Source: Cyanobacteria bacterium auto_48_18 | GTDB taxonomy: Bacteria > Cyanobacteriota > Vampirovibrionia > Obscuribacterales > Obscuribacteraceae | NCBI GenBank assembly: GCA_036170915.1 | Contig: JAVHQC010000030.1 | Coordinates: 32,001 to 96,000 of the forward strand | Direction of reading: 5' to 3' | Length of the DNA stretch: 64,000 nucleotides | Shown: positions 20,583-30,839 of the stretch, piece after piece | Numbering within the stretch: the stretch's first letter is position 1 | Layout of the letters: each line of letters opens with the position of its first letter | Notes under the pieces: generated by a model | Told to the model about the DNA's origin: nothing | The model's input: only the letters and a program-made list of their open reading frames with translations | Databases searched by the model: none | Program-made: the position numbers and the translations under genes

Positions 20583-21227
20583 GTGGCTCTGGCTGAAGTT
20601 CTAACGTCTTCAATTACTGGCTTAGTTGCCGAGACGATCAAAAGCGAAGTGGGCGGAAATATCAAAATTTCTAAACCGCGCTTCGGCAGTTTCGTCAGAG
20701 TAGATTCGCCTGAAAACGAAATTTCTGTTTTTGCTATTGTGTTCAACGTCATCACCAACCCACCCGACAGTGTGCACAAACCAAGCGCTCTCGGCCTCAC
20801 TCGCGACCAACTGCGAGTGGAACAACCACATATTTTTGCCCTGCTCAAAACAGAAGTGCACGCTCAAATTGTGGGCTACTTAGATTGGCAGACAAAAGCA
20901 ATTTATCAACATTTGCCACCACAGCCACCTGAAGTGCACGATTTTCTCTACACTGCCACCACTGACGAAGTGATGAAACTATCGAGCGAATTTGAATTTT
21001 TGCGTTTGCTCAATGGTGTCACCAGTGTACCGGCCGATGAATTGATGGCGGCAAGCGTGCGTGAAGGCGCCCGTGCACGAGCTCATGGCGCACCGCCGGA
21101 GCAGGCCGAAGCCATCGCCACTGCTTATTTGATTGAAGCCGGACGAGCAATATCGCAGTTATTTAGATCAGACTACGAGCGCATGTTGAGCATCGTCAGA
21201 AAAATCAAACCGGCTAATGTTGGTTAG
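20583..21227 (+). CDS. HAS-barrel domain protein
   Basis: PRFGSFVRV, HKPSALGLTRDQLRVEQPHIFALL, QHLPPQPPEVH resemble cyanobacterial HAS-barrel proteins. Confidence 0.75.
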   Translation: MALAEVLTSSITGLVAETIKSEVGGNIKISKPRFGSFVRVDSPENEISVFAIVFNVITNPPDSVHKPSALGLTRDQLRVEQPHIFALLKTEVHAQIVGYLDWQTKAIYQHLPPQPPEVHDFLYTATTDEVMKLSSEFEFLRLLNGVTSVPADELMAASVREGARARAHGAPPEQAEAIATAYLIEAGRAISQLFRSDYERMLSIVRKIKPANVG

Positions 21228-21240
21228 TTTTCAACTTGAA

Positions 21241-21822
21241 CTAATCACAAATCGCTAAATCTACATAAGGCCGCGACACAGATTTAATCACCGGCCCAGC
21301 TTTCTCTTTACCTTTATCTACTGCCTCAAAGCCCGCATCAATTTTTACCAGCGGTGCTTTCTTGTGCACATATCGAGTGGGCATCATAGCCTGTAATCCC
21401 GCTTCGGCCTCGAAGTTTTTCAACAGCTCAACGCGCTTCATGCCTGGTTTAATCGCAGTGCAATCTTTCATCAGGGCAATTAACCACTCTTCCTGAGCGC
21501 TGTACGGCTTAGGCCTGGTCGGAAAACTCAAATACATTGACGAAACAGTTTTAACCGCTGGCCCCAGAGTAACTTCAATACTGATCAGCTGGCAATTCTT
21601 CAATAAATATCTGTAAGGGCTTGGTTGGTCGCCGGCGTCTGGCGTATAGAGCTTGAGCAGTTCTGCCTGGGACGATCCTGGCACGATACCTCTACCCTCA
21701 GCCACAACTTTCTGCAGCCACTGCAAATTAGAACTTGAACTAGACGGATTTGCTTGCACTTTTATTGCCACCATCAAAACTGCTGATACCAGAAGTGCCA
21801 CCAGAAGAATTTTAGGTTTCAT
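21241..21822 (-). CDS. Secreted hypothetical protein with a duplicated domain
   Basis: Signal peptide VQA; two similar ~70-80 aa units. Confidence 0.7.
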   Translation of the reverse strand: MKPKILLVALLVSAVLMVAIKVQANPSSSSSNLQWLQKVVAEGRGIVPGSSQAELLKLYTPDAGDQPSPYRYLLKNCQLISIEVTLGPAVKTVSSMYLSFPTRPKPYSAQEEWLIALMKDCTAIKPGMKRVELLKNFEAEAGLQAMMPTRYVHKKAPLVKIDAGFEAVDKGKEKAGPVIKSVSRPYVDLAICD

Positions 21823-21830
21823 CCAATCTC

Positions 21831-22715
21831 CTAAGCCAGCTCGGCACTATCGGCATACTTCATATAAACCCAGACAGCAAGCGAGACTATGATTATCAAT
21901 ACTGTGGATACGGCTGAACCAAAGGCCCAATCACGCACGGTTAAAAACTGATTTTGAATCAAATTTCCCATATACATATACTTGCCACCACCAAGCAAAT
22001 CAGGAGTGACGTAATCACCCAAAGATGGAATAAACACCATCAGCGATCCGGCCACGATACCACCACTGGTGAGGGGCAAAAGTATTTTAAAGAGGGTACG
22101 TAGTGGGCTGGCACCAAGATCTAGAGACGCCTCAATTAGCTTTATATCGACTTTTTCAATTGCCGTGTAAAGCGGCAAAATCATATACGGCAAATAGTTG
22201 TAAACCATTCCTAACCAGACGGCAAAAGGCGTATAGAGCAGAGGAGGCAGCTCATGGCCGAGCCCGCACGCTGCTGCCAGGTGAGCAAGTATGCCGGTGG
22301 GTCGCAAAATCGTAATCCAGGCATATATGCGCAAAAGTGACGAAGTCCACAGCGGCAGCACGATTAAAAGTATGAGCATGTTGCGCATGCTGCGTTTTGT
22401 GAAGAGCGCCAGCCACACCGCAAAAATATAACCGAGCACCAGAGTCGAGCTGGTCGTAAGCGTGGAAAGCACAAGCGATCGCAGCAGCGCCGACAGATAT
22501 GGGCCGTGAATAAAGCGCAAGTAATTGTCGAAACTAAAGCCTAAGACTACACGCCCAAGCTGATCCCGCCCACCAAAGCTGTAAACCCAGAGGATCACAA
22601 GAGGGACTAGCACGAAAAGCGCGAGATAGGTGCACGCGGGTGCCAAAAGCCAGAGTCTGGCGCCAGGTCTTTGAGAACTCTTAGAGATGTTCACTTTTGC
22701 TTCTCTAAACGGCAA
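21831..22715 (-). CDS. potB: Spermidine/putrescine-type ABC permease (PotB-like)
   Basis: PLWTSSLLRIYAW, YLPYMILPLY, EASLDLGA, LLGGGK. Confidence 0.85.
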   Translation of the reverse strand: MPFREAKVNISKSSQRPGARLWLLAPACTYLALFVLVPLVILWVYSFGGRDQLGRVVLGFSFDNYLRFIHGPYLSALLRSLVLSTLTTSSTLVLGYIFAVWLALFTKRSMRNMLILLIVLPLWTSSLLRIYAWITILRPTGILAHLAAACGLGHELPPLLYTPFAVWLGMVYNYLPYMILPLYTAIEKVDIKLIEASLDLGASPLRTLFKILLPLTSGGIVAGSLMVFIPSLGDYVTPDLLGGGKYMYMGNLIQNQFLTVRDWAFGSAVSTVLIIIVSLAVWVYMKYADSAELA

Positions 22716-22808
22716 GATACACTATACCGTCTATGGCCGGCCCTATGTAGCAGAGCTGCCAAACAATCCCAAGCTACTGACTTCGACGCAAACTGAAAGA
22801 ACGCCACC

Positions 22809-23783
22809 ATGCTCAAGATCATATTTCTCGGCACACCACAATTTGCAGTTCCTACTCTGCAGAGCTTACTCGACAACGAAGAAAATCTCGGCCTCAAAGT
22901 CGTAGCAGCAGTTTGCCAGCCAGACAAACCCAAAGGTCGCGGCGGAAAAGTTGAAATGCCGCCGGTCAAAGTGCTCGCTCAAGCTCACAACATCGAAGTA
23001 CTGCAACCCAACGCCCTGGCACGGTCTCCTGAAACAGTCGAAAGAATGCGCGAGTTGGCTCCCGATCTGTTAGTCATGGTGGCATTCGGTCAAATTTTAA
23101 AGAAAAATGTCTTAGAGATGGCACCACTTGGTGTGATCAACGTGCACGGATCCCTGTTGCCGGCATTGCGCGGAGCTGCTCCAATAAACTGGGCGATTAT
23201 CAATGGCGATACCTTCACTGGTGTCACAACCATGTACACCGAAGCCGGTGTTGATACAGGGCCTATGCTACTCAAAGCTGAGATGACCATCACACCCGAC
23301 ATGACAGCAGTGGAGTTAGCGGAAGAAATGTCTCACGCAGGGGCAGAACTTCTGATTGCTACCATTGTTGCCTTGCAAAATAAAACACTCACGCCTGAGC
23401 GGCAAGACGATTCTCTGTCTACACTTGCTCCAATGCTTTCGCGCGCACTTTCAAAAATTGATTGGAAAAAATCTGCTCAAGAAATTCACAACCTTGTGCG
23501 AGGCCTTACACCATGGCCGTCTACCATTGCTGCGTTCAGAGACGGTGAGCTCAAAATTATAAAAACAAAGATGGCTAAAAGAGAAGATTTAGAATCAGCC
23601 GACAGTGCAAAAATGGCCGGCCAAATACTTAAAGAGCATGGCAAAATATTTGTTGCTTGCGGCAAAGAAAACAAATTTGAATTTTTGGAATTGATTGAAG
23701 TGCAGCCGGCCAACAAAGCAAAGCTGCCGGCCTCAGCCTGGATCAATGGTGTTAGATTGGAAACAGGTGAATGTCTTAAATGA
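22809..23783 (+). CDS. fmt: Methionyl-tRNA formyltransferase
   Basis: FLGTPQFA, QPDKPKGRG, NVHGSLLP, RGAAPI. Confidence 0.96.
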   Translation: MLKIIFLGTPQFAVPTLQSLLDNEENLGLKVVAAVCQPDKPKGRGGKVEMPPVKVLAQAHNIEVLQPNALARSPETVERMRELAPDLLVMVAFGQILKKNVLEMAPLGVINVHGSLLPALRGAAPINWAIINGDTFTGVTTMYTEAGVDTGPMLLKAEMTITPDMTAVELAEEMSHAGAELLIATIVALQNKTLTPERQDDSLSTLAPMLSRALSKIDWKKSAQEIHNLVRGLTPWPSTIAAFRDGELKIIKTKMAKREDLESADSAKMAGQILKEHGKIFVACGKENKFEFLELIEVQPANKAKLPASAWINGVRLETGECLK

Positions 23784-25276
23784 GTGCAGAAAACAGCGAG
23801 CCGAAAGAAGCACCGCGAAAGAAGAACGATTCACATCTGCGCAAACGAGGAGTGTCGTCTCGCAAACTCGCTGTAGAAGTCTTGATTAAAATTCAAGAGA
23901 AGGGCGCTTACACAAACATTGCCCTGGCCAATGCATTAGACGGCAGCAAATGGGACCTTTCTGAGCGCGACCGGGCCTTTGTTACTGCTCTTGTGCAAGG
24001 TGTTTTACGCAATGCCAACAACCTCGATAAAACTATCGGCACCATATCAAGCAAACCTGTCAATAAAATTCAACCACCACTTCTCAATTTGCTTCGCATT
24101 GCTATTTTCCAGCTTGAATCAATGCCAGATATTCCTCAAAGTGCAGTAGTCGACACGGCTGTAGAATTGGCCCGTGTTATTGGTCATGTGGGCCTTTCTA
24201 AATTCGTCAACGGCATTCTGCGCACCTATATTCGCAATGTAGAGAAAGGTCGAGTGGCGATTGTGGAACCGCTCAATTTAGCCACAATGCAAAACGATGA
24301 GATTGTCACCGCCCTTTCTGAACAACACTCGATGCCATCATGGCTGGTATCGCGCTGGCTCGCCAGATTCGGTGCAGAAGAAACCGCTAAAATTCTCAAA
24401 GCTTCAGATACACCGGCCAAACTGACTTTGCGCGTTAACGACATTGCTATGGAGACTGACGGCTATCAGCGCTTGCTGGCCGACAAAGGTGTAATTGCCG
24501 AGCGGTCGAAACTGGTGCCCACTTGCCTGACTATCACCGATCGAAAAAGTATCAAAGGCCCTGTGGAAAAATTACCTGGCTATGACGACGGTATCTTTTC
24601 CATTCAAGATGAAGCGGCAGCATTTGTCGGTCAGGTAATGGCGCCGCAATCAAGTGATGTGATTATTGACCTTTGTGCTGCTCCTGGCGGTAAGACTCTT
24701 AACTTGTCTGAAATGATGAACAACAAAGGTCGCATCGTCGCCATTGATAAACACGAAAAAAGACTCAACCTGGTTAAAGAAAATAGACTGCGTTTGGGCC
24801 TGACCAATATCGAAACTTACGCTGCCGACGGCACCACCTACGAGCATCCACCTGTAGACAAAGTGCTAGTTGACGCGCCATGTTCGGGCACAGGCGTAAT
24901 TAACAAACGCTCTGACATTCGTCTCAAGTTGAAAGAAAGCGATATTGCCGAAGTCAATGCCATTCAAAAGGCGCTGCTCACTAATGCCGCGAAACTGGTG
25001 AAGCCGGGCGGCATACTCGTTTATTCCACTTGTTCAATTGAACGTGAAGAAAACGAAGATATGGTGGCCTGGTTTCTTGAGCAATTTGAAGAATTTCAGG
25101 CCGAAGACATCACTCCGGCCTTCCAACCGGGCGTCTTAGCTGAGCTTGGTCTGGAAAAAGAAGCGTCTCAAGGTTATGCGCTCTTTTTACCGTCGCGGCA
25201 TGAATTTTCAGGATTCTTTGTAGCCAAATTGAGAAAACGTGCGGCTGTGGTTGAAGACGATACAGTTCAGGGTTGA
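23780..25276 (+). CDS. rsmB: 16S rRNA m5C967 methyltransferase RsmB/Sun
   Basis: NusB-like N-domain; DLCAAPGGKT, DAPCSGTG, YSTCS; follows fmt. Confidence 0.95.
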   Translation: MSAENSEPKEAPRKKNDSHLRKRGVSSRKLAVEVLIKIQEKGAYTNIALANALDGSKWDLSERDRAFVTALVQGVLRNANNLDKTIGTISSKPVNKIQPPLLNLLRIAIFQLESMPDIPQSAVVDTAVELARVIGHVGLSKFVNGILRTYIRNVEKGRVAIVEPLNLATMQNDEIVTALSEQHSMPSWLVSRWLARFGAEETAKILKASDTPAKLTLRVNDIAMETDGYQRLLADKGVIAERSKLVPTCLTITDRKSIKGPVEKLPGYDDGIFSIQDEAAAFVGQVMAPQSSDVIIDLCAAPGGKTLNLSEMMNNKGRIVAIDKHEKRLNLVKENRLRLGLTNIETYAADGTTYEHPPVDKVLVDAPCSGTGVINKRSDIRLKLKESDIAEVNAIQKALLTNAAKLVKPGGILVYSTCSIEREENEDMVAWFLEQFEEFQAEDITPAFQPGVLAELGLEKEASQGYALFLPSRHEFSGFFVAKLRKRAAVVEDDTVQG

Positions 25277-25476
25277 TTTCTGAAACGTGACAAGACTACA
25301 GGTTGCTCCATAACGATATCAGGCCCGTAAACTACCGTAACTTGCCACTAGCGCCTCAATTGTGTCCAAACAGTTCACTATTCGACTAGCCTTTCGGGCC
25401 GGCGGGTATCTACTTAGATAGAGCTCACACAGCCCAGGCAACAAAGTAAATGGTCCGATAATTATTGGAGAAAATC

Positions 25477-26325
25477 ATGGAAACAGGCCTTGGGTTTTTA
25501 CTTTTCGTACTTGGCTATTTGCTCACTTCAATCAAAATCGTCAAAGAATACGAGCGCTTCATTGTCTTTACCTTAGGTCGCGCTGATGGAGTCAGAGGCC
25601 CAGGCATGCAGCTCGTTTTTCCGCTGTTGCAAACTTCGCGCAAAGTCGACTTACGTATCATCACCATGTCGATTCCCATGCAAGAAATCATCACCAAAGA
25701 CAACGTCTCGGCCAAGACCGCGGCGGTATGCTTCTTTCAAGTTGTAGACCCATTCAAAGCCGTGACCAAAATCGAAGACCCATTTAACGCTACATCACAG
25801 GTTGCACAGACAACCTTACGCAGCGTGCTCGGCCAACACGAACTCGACGAATTGCTGACCGAAAGAGACGCCATTAACGCTAAATTGTCGGCCATTATCG
25901 ACAGACAAACTGAAGGTTGGGGCATCAAAGTCATATCTGTCGAAGTTAAAGACGTTGAAATTCCAGAAAGCATGAAACGCGCCATGGCCAGACAAGCCGA
26001 AGCTGAACGAGAAAGACGAGCCAAGATCGTGGCTGCAGAAGGCGAACATCAAGCTGCTGAAAAACTTGCTGAAGCCGCTCGCGTCATCGGTACAGTACCA
26101 GGGGCGATGCAACTGAGACAATTACAGACCATGGTGGAAGTATCAGCAGAGAAGAATTCCACTTTGATTTTCCCTGTGCCTATTGAGCTCATGCAATTTG
26201 TACAGGGTGCGGCCAAGCACTTTAACAAAGAAGAAGAAGCGCCACAAGATCCAGGCGCCACCATCAAAATAGAAGGCAAACCTGAACAAATTGCCGCCAG
26301 CAAACCCCACTCTCAAGAAAAATAA
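25477..26325 (+). CDS. SPFH/stomatin (slipin) family protein
   Basis: ITKDNV, AQTTLRSVLG, AMARQAEAERERRAK; GGAG RBS before ATG 25477. Confidence 0.93.
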   Translation: METGLGFLLFVLGYLLTSIKIVKEYERFIVFTLGRADGVRGPGMQLVFPLLQTSRKVDLRIITMSIPMQEIITKDNVSAKTAAVCFFQVVDPFKAVTKIEDPFNATSQVAQTTLRSVLGQHELDELLTERDAINAKLSAIIDRQTEGWGIKVISVEVKDVEIPESMKRAMARQAEAERERRAKIVAAEGEHQAAEKLAEAARVIGTVPGAMQLRQLQTMVEVSAEKNSTLIFPVPIELMQFVQGAAKHFNKEEEAPQDPGATIKIEGKPEQIAASKPHSQEK

Positions 26326-26338
26326 TGGCCTGCTCGAT

Positions 26339-26914
26339 ATGATAAGGAGAGCCACCATTATTATTTCTTTGCTCGTCGCTTTCATTTACGGTGGTAGCTG
26401 TTCTGCCGAACAAGAACCAAAAACCGCAGATGAATTTTTTCAGGTGGGGCTCGACCTTAAAGCACAGGGTTTGCCTGAGGCCTCACGCTCAGCACTTGAA
26501 CAGGCCATTGCTCTAGACAAAAATGGACCAATATCAAAAAAAGCAGCTGCCATCATACGCGGCAGGCTGCCAAAATTTACAGTATCAAACGCAGCCGAAC
26601 AAGAGAATGTAAAAGCGCACACCTTAATGGTCGCGGGCGATTATACAGGAGCAATCTCAGGATTCACCACGGCCATATCACGCTATCCTGAGTTTGAGTG
26701 GCCATACGGCAATCTGGGCTATGTTTATATTTTGCAGCGCCGTTATCCTGCAGCTATTCGCGTACTTAAAAAAGCGGTGGCAATAAATCCAAATTATGCC
26801 AGTGCCTGGGGCAACCTCGCTGAATGTTATCGCCTTACCGGTGACACTGCGCAGGCAGCAGAATGTCGCAAAAGAGCACTTCAAGCCTTACCAAAAAATT
26901 TAGAAAAATTATAA
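26339..26914 (+). CDS. Secreted tetratricopeptide-repeat protein
   Basis: Signal-like N-terminus; TPR motifs YGNLGYVY, AVAINPNYASAWGNLA. Confidence 0.85.
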   Translation: MIRRATIIISLLVAFIYGGSCSAEQEPKTADEFFQVGLDLKAQGLPEASRSALEQAIALDKNGPISKKAAAIIRGRLPKFTVSNAAEQENVKAHTLMVAGDYTGAISGFTTAISRYPEFEWPYGNLGYVYILQRRYPAAIRVLKKAVAINPNYASAWGNLAECYRLTGDTAQAAECRKRALQALPKNLEKL

Positions 26915-26930
26915 GGCTAAGAGAAGATAG

Positions 26931-27503
26931 CTAGCGCTTGTCTTGATTTTTCAGTCTAAAAAATTCAGGCAAAGTCAGTTCTTTAGGTTTGGCTACTATC
27001 CAAGAAAGGCCCTCTGCCACAGCATTGAGCAAGGCATGTTCAGGATCTGCTGCCATTTCTTCTTCAAAAATCAATCGATATGGTGCAACATTTTCACCAT
27101 ACCAGAGAAAAACGCGAGCGCTACCGGCACCGTGGGCGATACCAAAATTGAGCATCAAGTGATCTAAATCTGGAGGGGCAGACACATCAAAATGCCTGGC
27201 ATAATCGGCAATCGAGTCAGGACCACCAGCAAAATCCAAACCAGCACGGTACTTACCGAACATTCCTGCTTCTTTAAAAGCTCTTCCACGAATGATTACC
27301 AGCTCAGATGCTCCACGCCGGTATGTCAACCAACCGCGCCAGTCTGAGGCGGCAAAATTGGCAAGCTGTAAGCCGATTTCGCGTTCAACCGCTTCTTTCA
27401 ATGTGTGACACTCAGGCGGCAGCTCGGCCAGCGTCGCAGCGCGCTGCGCTTCTTCTTTGGCTATTAATTCTGATTCTAGTTCTAAGAGCCTGATGTGGAG
27501 CAT
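26931..27503 (-). CDS. Hypothetical protein
   Basis: 190-aa ORF starting 3 nt after the TauE stop; no recognised motif. Confidence 0.65.
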   Translation of the reverse strand: MLHIRLLELESELIAKEEAQRAATLAELPPECHTLKEAVEREIGLQLANFAASDWRGWLTYRRGASELVIIRGRAFKEAGMFGKYRAGLDFAGGPDSIADYARHFDVSAPPDLDHLMLNFGIAHGAGSARVFLWYGENVAPYRLIFEEEMAADPEHALLNAVAEGLSWIVAKPKELTLPEFFRLKNQDKR

Positions 27504-27505
27504 AC

Positions 27506-28324
27506 TTATTTACCAAGCAAAATATTTAGTTCTTTGTAGGCCATGAAAGTCGCCATGAGCAACATTATGGCGCCAAATGCACTGCGCAAAGACGAATCTT
27601 TAAGCTTAATGGCCAGTTTACTGCCAATCATAGATCCCGGCACAGCGCCGCAAACCATAACCAGCACCAGCAAGAGCTGCACATGACCATAAACTGAGTG
27701 AGAAACTGTTCCTGGAATCGACAAACAGGTAACCACTAGTAGCGATGTGCCAAAGGCAGCCTTGACGCTCATATTGAAAGCGCTGAGTAATATAGGAATG
27801 AGAATAAAACCACCGCCAACTCCAAAAAAACCGGCCATTAGACCGGTTAAAAGCCCAACTGGGACAACCCGCCACCAGACCACACTGATTGTCTCTTGGG
27901 TTGGCGCGTTCGTGGTTTTTTCAGATTTTAGCTTTTGACTGTAGCCGGAGAGCAGATCTAAACCAGCCAAAGCAATCAAGGCCGAAAAACAAATCATCAA
28001 AATTTGACCATGCACATAAGTAGTTAAATGCGCACCAAGGACGATACCAAAAACGCCTGGTACTACCAGCGCCTTCACCATAGAAAAATTTACCAGCTTC
28101 TCTTTAATGTAATTGATTGAACCAGCCATAGAAGTTGGCACAATTAAAGCCAGAGTTGTACCCACCGCAATATGAGGATCAAGGTGCAAAAACAGACGCA
28201 GCATGGGCGTGCAAACAATGCCGCCGCCTACACCAAAAGTTCCTGACAGCAAGCCGGTCAGAACACCAATTAAAAGTGCCAGGGCAATGTTGCTCGGCGT
28301 AAAGGCTACGCTTAGCGTTTCCAC
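27506..28324 (-). CDS. Sulfite exporter TauE/SafE family membrane protein
   Basis: Duplicated GxFGVGGG motifs; AVGTTL and AFGTSL. Confidence 0.92.
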   Translation of the reverse strand: METLSVAFTPSNIALALLIGVLTGLLSGTFGVGGGIVCTPMLRLFLHLDPHIAVGTTLALIVPTSMAGSINYIKEKLVNFSMVKALVVPGVFGIVLGAHLTTYVHGQILMICFSALIALAGLDLLSGYSQKLKSEKTTNAPTQETISVVWWRVVPVGLLTGLMAGFFGVGGGFILIPILLSAFNMSVKAAFGTSLLVVTCLSIPGTVSHSVYGHVQLLLVLVMVCGAVPGSMIGSKLAIKLKDSSLRSAFGAIMLLMATFMAYKELNILLGK

Positions 28325-28858
28325 TTACATGTATTGAGACAGCATTTTGCCCAGATCTGGATTCTCCACAATCATCTGGTCAAAATACGGATTTTTGGTC
28401 AGCTTTTTAGCAATAGAACGGTCACGCTTGATAGCGCGGTAGAGCCCTTCAGGATCAAAGGTGACCACACTAAGCGCCTTAGGATTTTTTGCTAAAACCT
28501 TAGCTGCTGAGCCCCATTTTGTAATGCGGCGACACGTGTAGTGATCGGCTTCAGCAATTTTGTCTAAATGCGGATGCGCTGCCAGCAATCGCGCCGATGC
28601 AGCGTGAGTACAGATTGCAGCCACCAGAGTAGGATCGGCTGCCACCATCTTATCGAGCCAGCGATATTTAGCCATCTTTTTTGCAGTTGATACGTCACTG
28701 CGAATGGTCTTCGCACTGACATTATATTCGAGGGGCGGACGCAAAGGCGCTTCTGTGGTAGTTGTCTGCGCAGAGGCGGCAGCCACATTGGTAATCAGCA
28801 GCGCACCCAGAGAGAACGCAACCAATAATTTGTTGTTCTGTACTTGACGGGAAGGCAT
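28325..28858 (-). CDS. Secreted protein with four ~30-aa repeats
   Basis: Signal peptide ASA; repeats visible in the translation. Confidence 0.75.
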   Translation of the reverse strand: MPSRQVQNNKLLVAFSLGALLITNVAAASAQTTTTEAPLRPPLEYNVSAKTIRSDVSTAKKMAKYRWLDKMVAADPTLVAAICTHAASARLLAAHPHLDKIAEADHYTCRRITKWGSAAKVLAKNPKALSVVTFDPEGLYRAIKRDRSIAKKLTKNPYFDQMIVENPDLGKMLSQYM

Positions 28859-28970
28859 CTGCTAGTCTCAGTAATATATTGGTGATTGACGCGATTTTAT
28901 CACTATAAGCTCTGGCATCACAGTTACACGTCCAGCTTTCCCAAGCGGTGGCTAAAAGAGTAGAAAGTAT

Positions 28971-30818
28971 ATGCCTGACAATTCGAGCTCAAGTGGAGGA
29001 GACAAGTCGGCCGGTCAAGCGGGCGCCTTAGACGGGGCCGAAGTTAAACCAGATAAAGCTGGCGGCGATCAACTGCAAGCTGACTGGTCAGCCGCTAAAG
29101 CTGAAAAGCCGGGCCATGGATCGTCAAAAGAGCCTGGTAGTGAAAATTTTTCCAAGTCGGGCGTTAGCGGCGCGCTTGCGGGCAATCAGTCATCAGCCGC
29201 CATGGATATTATTAAAGAAAGTTCTAAAAGGTCTTATTTGAACCGTGACCGTGCCGCCGGTGATGGCAGCCTGAGTAGTACGGCCAATCAGGTCACCAGG
29301 TTGACACGCCACATTGAGCCCGCCGGTAAAACAGTAGCCGACAATAGCCGTGAATTTACAGTTATGAGTGCTGTGCTCAAAAGTGAAGCTCAGGCCTTCT
29401 CTCCCTTTGCATTGAAGCCCATGCTGGTGCCGGTCAAATCTGAATTTGCCCAGGCCAATAGTGATAAAAACTGCGAAAAATTCAAGAAAACAGAGCTTTT
29501 GGAATTACTCGAACTGACCGCTAAACCTAGTGACGACAGCTCAAGGCTCTCCAGAGCCGAAGCCCGAGGCCTGAGTGAGACGCGTGAGCGCCTGGCCAAT
29601 TGTGACAATGCCAAAGACGCTCTCTCAAATGCGCTTCATCTAGCCCGCCTCTACCAACATTTACGATATATTGAAGAGGCCAAACAGGCCACCCTATTTT
29701 CCCTTGGTATCGATCCCGACAATCTTTTAGGCAAACAGCTTTTGAAGGAATTAGAAAGAGTGCAAACCACAGACCTCGGCCTCAGTCAGGGCATTGCTCT
29801 AGATCCGTTATTTACCAAAAGTGCATTGCGCAATCGCATCATCAATTTAAGCGGTGGCAAGGTCATTGTTGTCGGCGACCTGCTCATCGATGAGCTGGTA
29901 GAAGGTCGTCCTGAGCGCATTTCTCGTGAAGCTCCTGTGTTGGTTTTAGAACATGTAGATACCGAATTAATTCCCGGTGGCGCGGCCAACACCGCCCACA
30001 ATATCACTGCCCTTGGTGGAAAGTGTCACGCCATAGGCGTTTGCGGCAAAGATGATTATGCTCCCAAATTGGCGGCAGTGCTAACTCGCTATGGCATAAC
30101 TCATGATCTGGTAGCCGATGAGAGCCGTCCAACAACAGTTAAGAGCCGCGTGATCTCTAAATCACACTCACTACTGCAACAACTCTTGCGCATCGATCGC
30201 ATTTCGCATGCAAAAATCAGCAGCGAAATTGAAAGCCAGCTGATAGAGAAAATTAGCGAAGCAAATGACAAACGCCCTTCTCATGCGGTTATTGTCTCTG
30301 ACTACAAAGCTGGTGTCATCACCGATGGTGTCATTGCCGCCGTTCGCAAATTAGCTGAAACACGCGAAACCATGGTTATAGTCGATGCTCAAAATAGCTT
30401 TGAAAGATTCGGCAACTGTACATTGATGACGCCCAATCAGCCTGATGCAGAAGCTGCCTCTGGTATCAAAATTACTTCAAAAGAGTCTCTCAAACAACTG
30501 GGCGAAATTCTACTAAATAAGTCTGGAGTAAAAGCGCTGCTGGTTACTCGCGGCGGAGACGGAATGGTTTTGTTTGAGCGGGGCAAACCGATGGTTGAAC
30601 TTCCTGCCTTCAACAGGTCTGAGGTATTCGATGTCACCGGTGCAGGCGACACGGTTGTTGCTACAATGGCTTTAGCTCTGACTTCCGGCGCAACAATGGT
30701 TGAAGCCATGGCCCTGGGCAATCTTGCCGCATCAATTGTGGTGCGCAAACCAGGTACTGAAGTGACTAGTCAGAAAGAAATGCTTGATCATCTTGAACAG
30801 CTGAATCTGCCTGATTAA
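28971..30818 (+). CDS. D-glycero-beta-D-manno-heptose-7-phosphate kinase (RfaE domain I, PfkB family) with long N-terminal extension
   Basis: VGDLLIDE…RISREAPV, PGGAANTAHNI, RPTTVKSR, TPNQPD, DVTGAGDT. Confidence 0.85.
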   Translation: MPDNSSSSGGDKSAGQAGALDGAEVKPDKAGGDQLQADWSAAKAEKPGHGSSKEPGSENFSKSGVSGALAGNQSSAAMDIIKESSKRSYLNRDRAAGDGSLSSTANQVTRLTRHIEPAGKTVADNSREFTVMSAVLKSEAQAFSPFALKPMLVPVKSEFAQANSDKNCEKFKKTELLELLELTAKPSDDSSRLSRAEARGLSETRERLANCDNAKDALSNALHLARLYQHLRYIEEAKQATLFSLGIDPDNLLGKQLLKELERVQTTDLGLSQGIALDPLFTKSALRNRIINLSGGKVIVVGDLLIDELVEGRPERISREAPVLVLEHVDTELIPGGAANTAHNITALGGKCHAIGVCGKDDYAPKLAAVLTRYGITHDLVADESRPTTVKSRVISKSHSLLQQLLRIDRISHAKISSEIESQLIEKISEANDKRPSHAVIVSDYKAGVITDGVIAAVRKLAETRETMVIVDAQNSFERFGNCTLMTPNQPDAEAASGIKITSKESLKQLGEILLNKSGVKALLVTRGGDGMVLFERGKPMVELPAFNRSEVFDVTGAGDTVVATMALALTSGATMVEAMALGNLAASIVVRKPGTEVTSQKEMLDHLEQLNLPD

Positions 30819-30839
30819 TTAGCCACCTGATAGAAAGCA

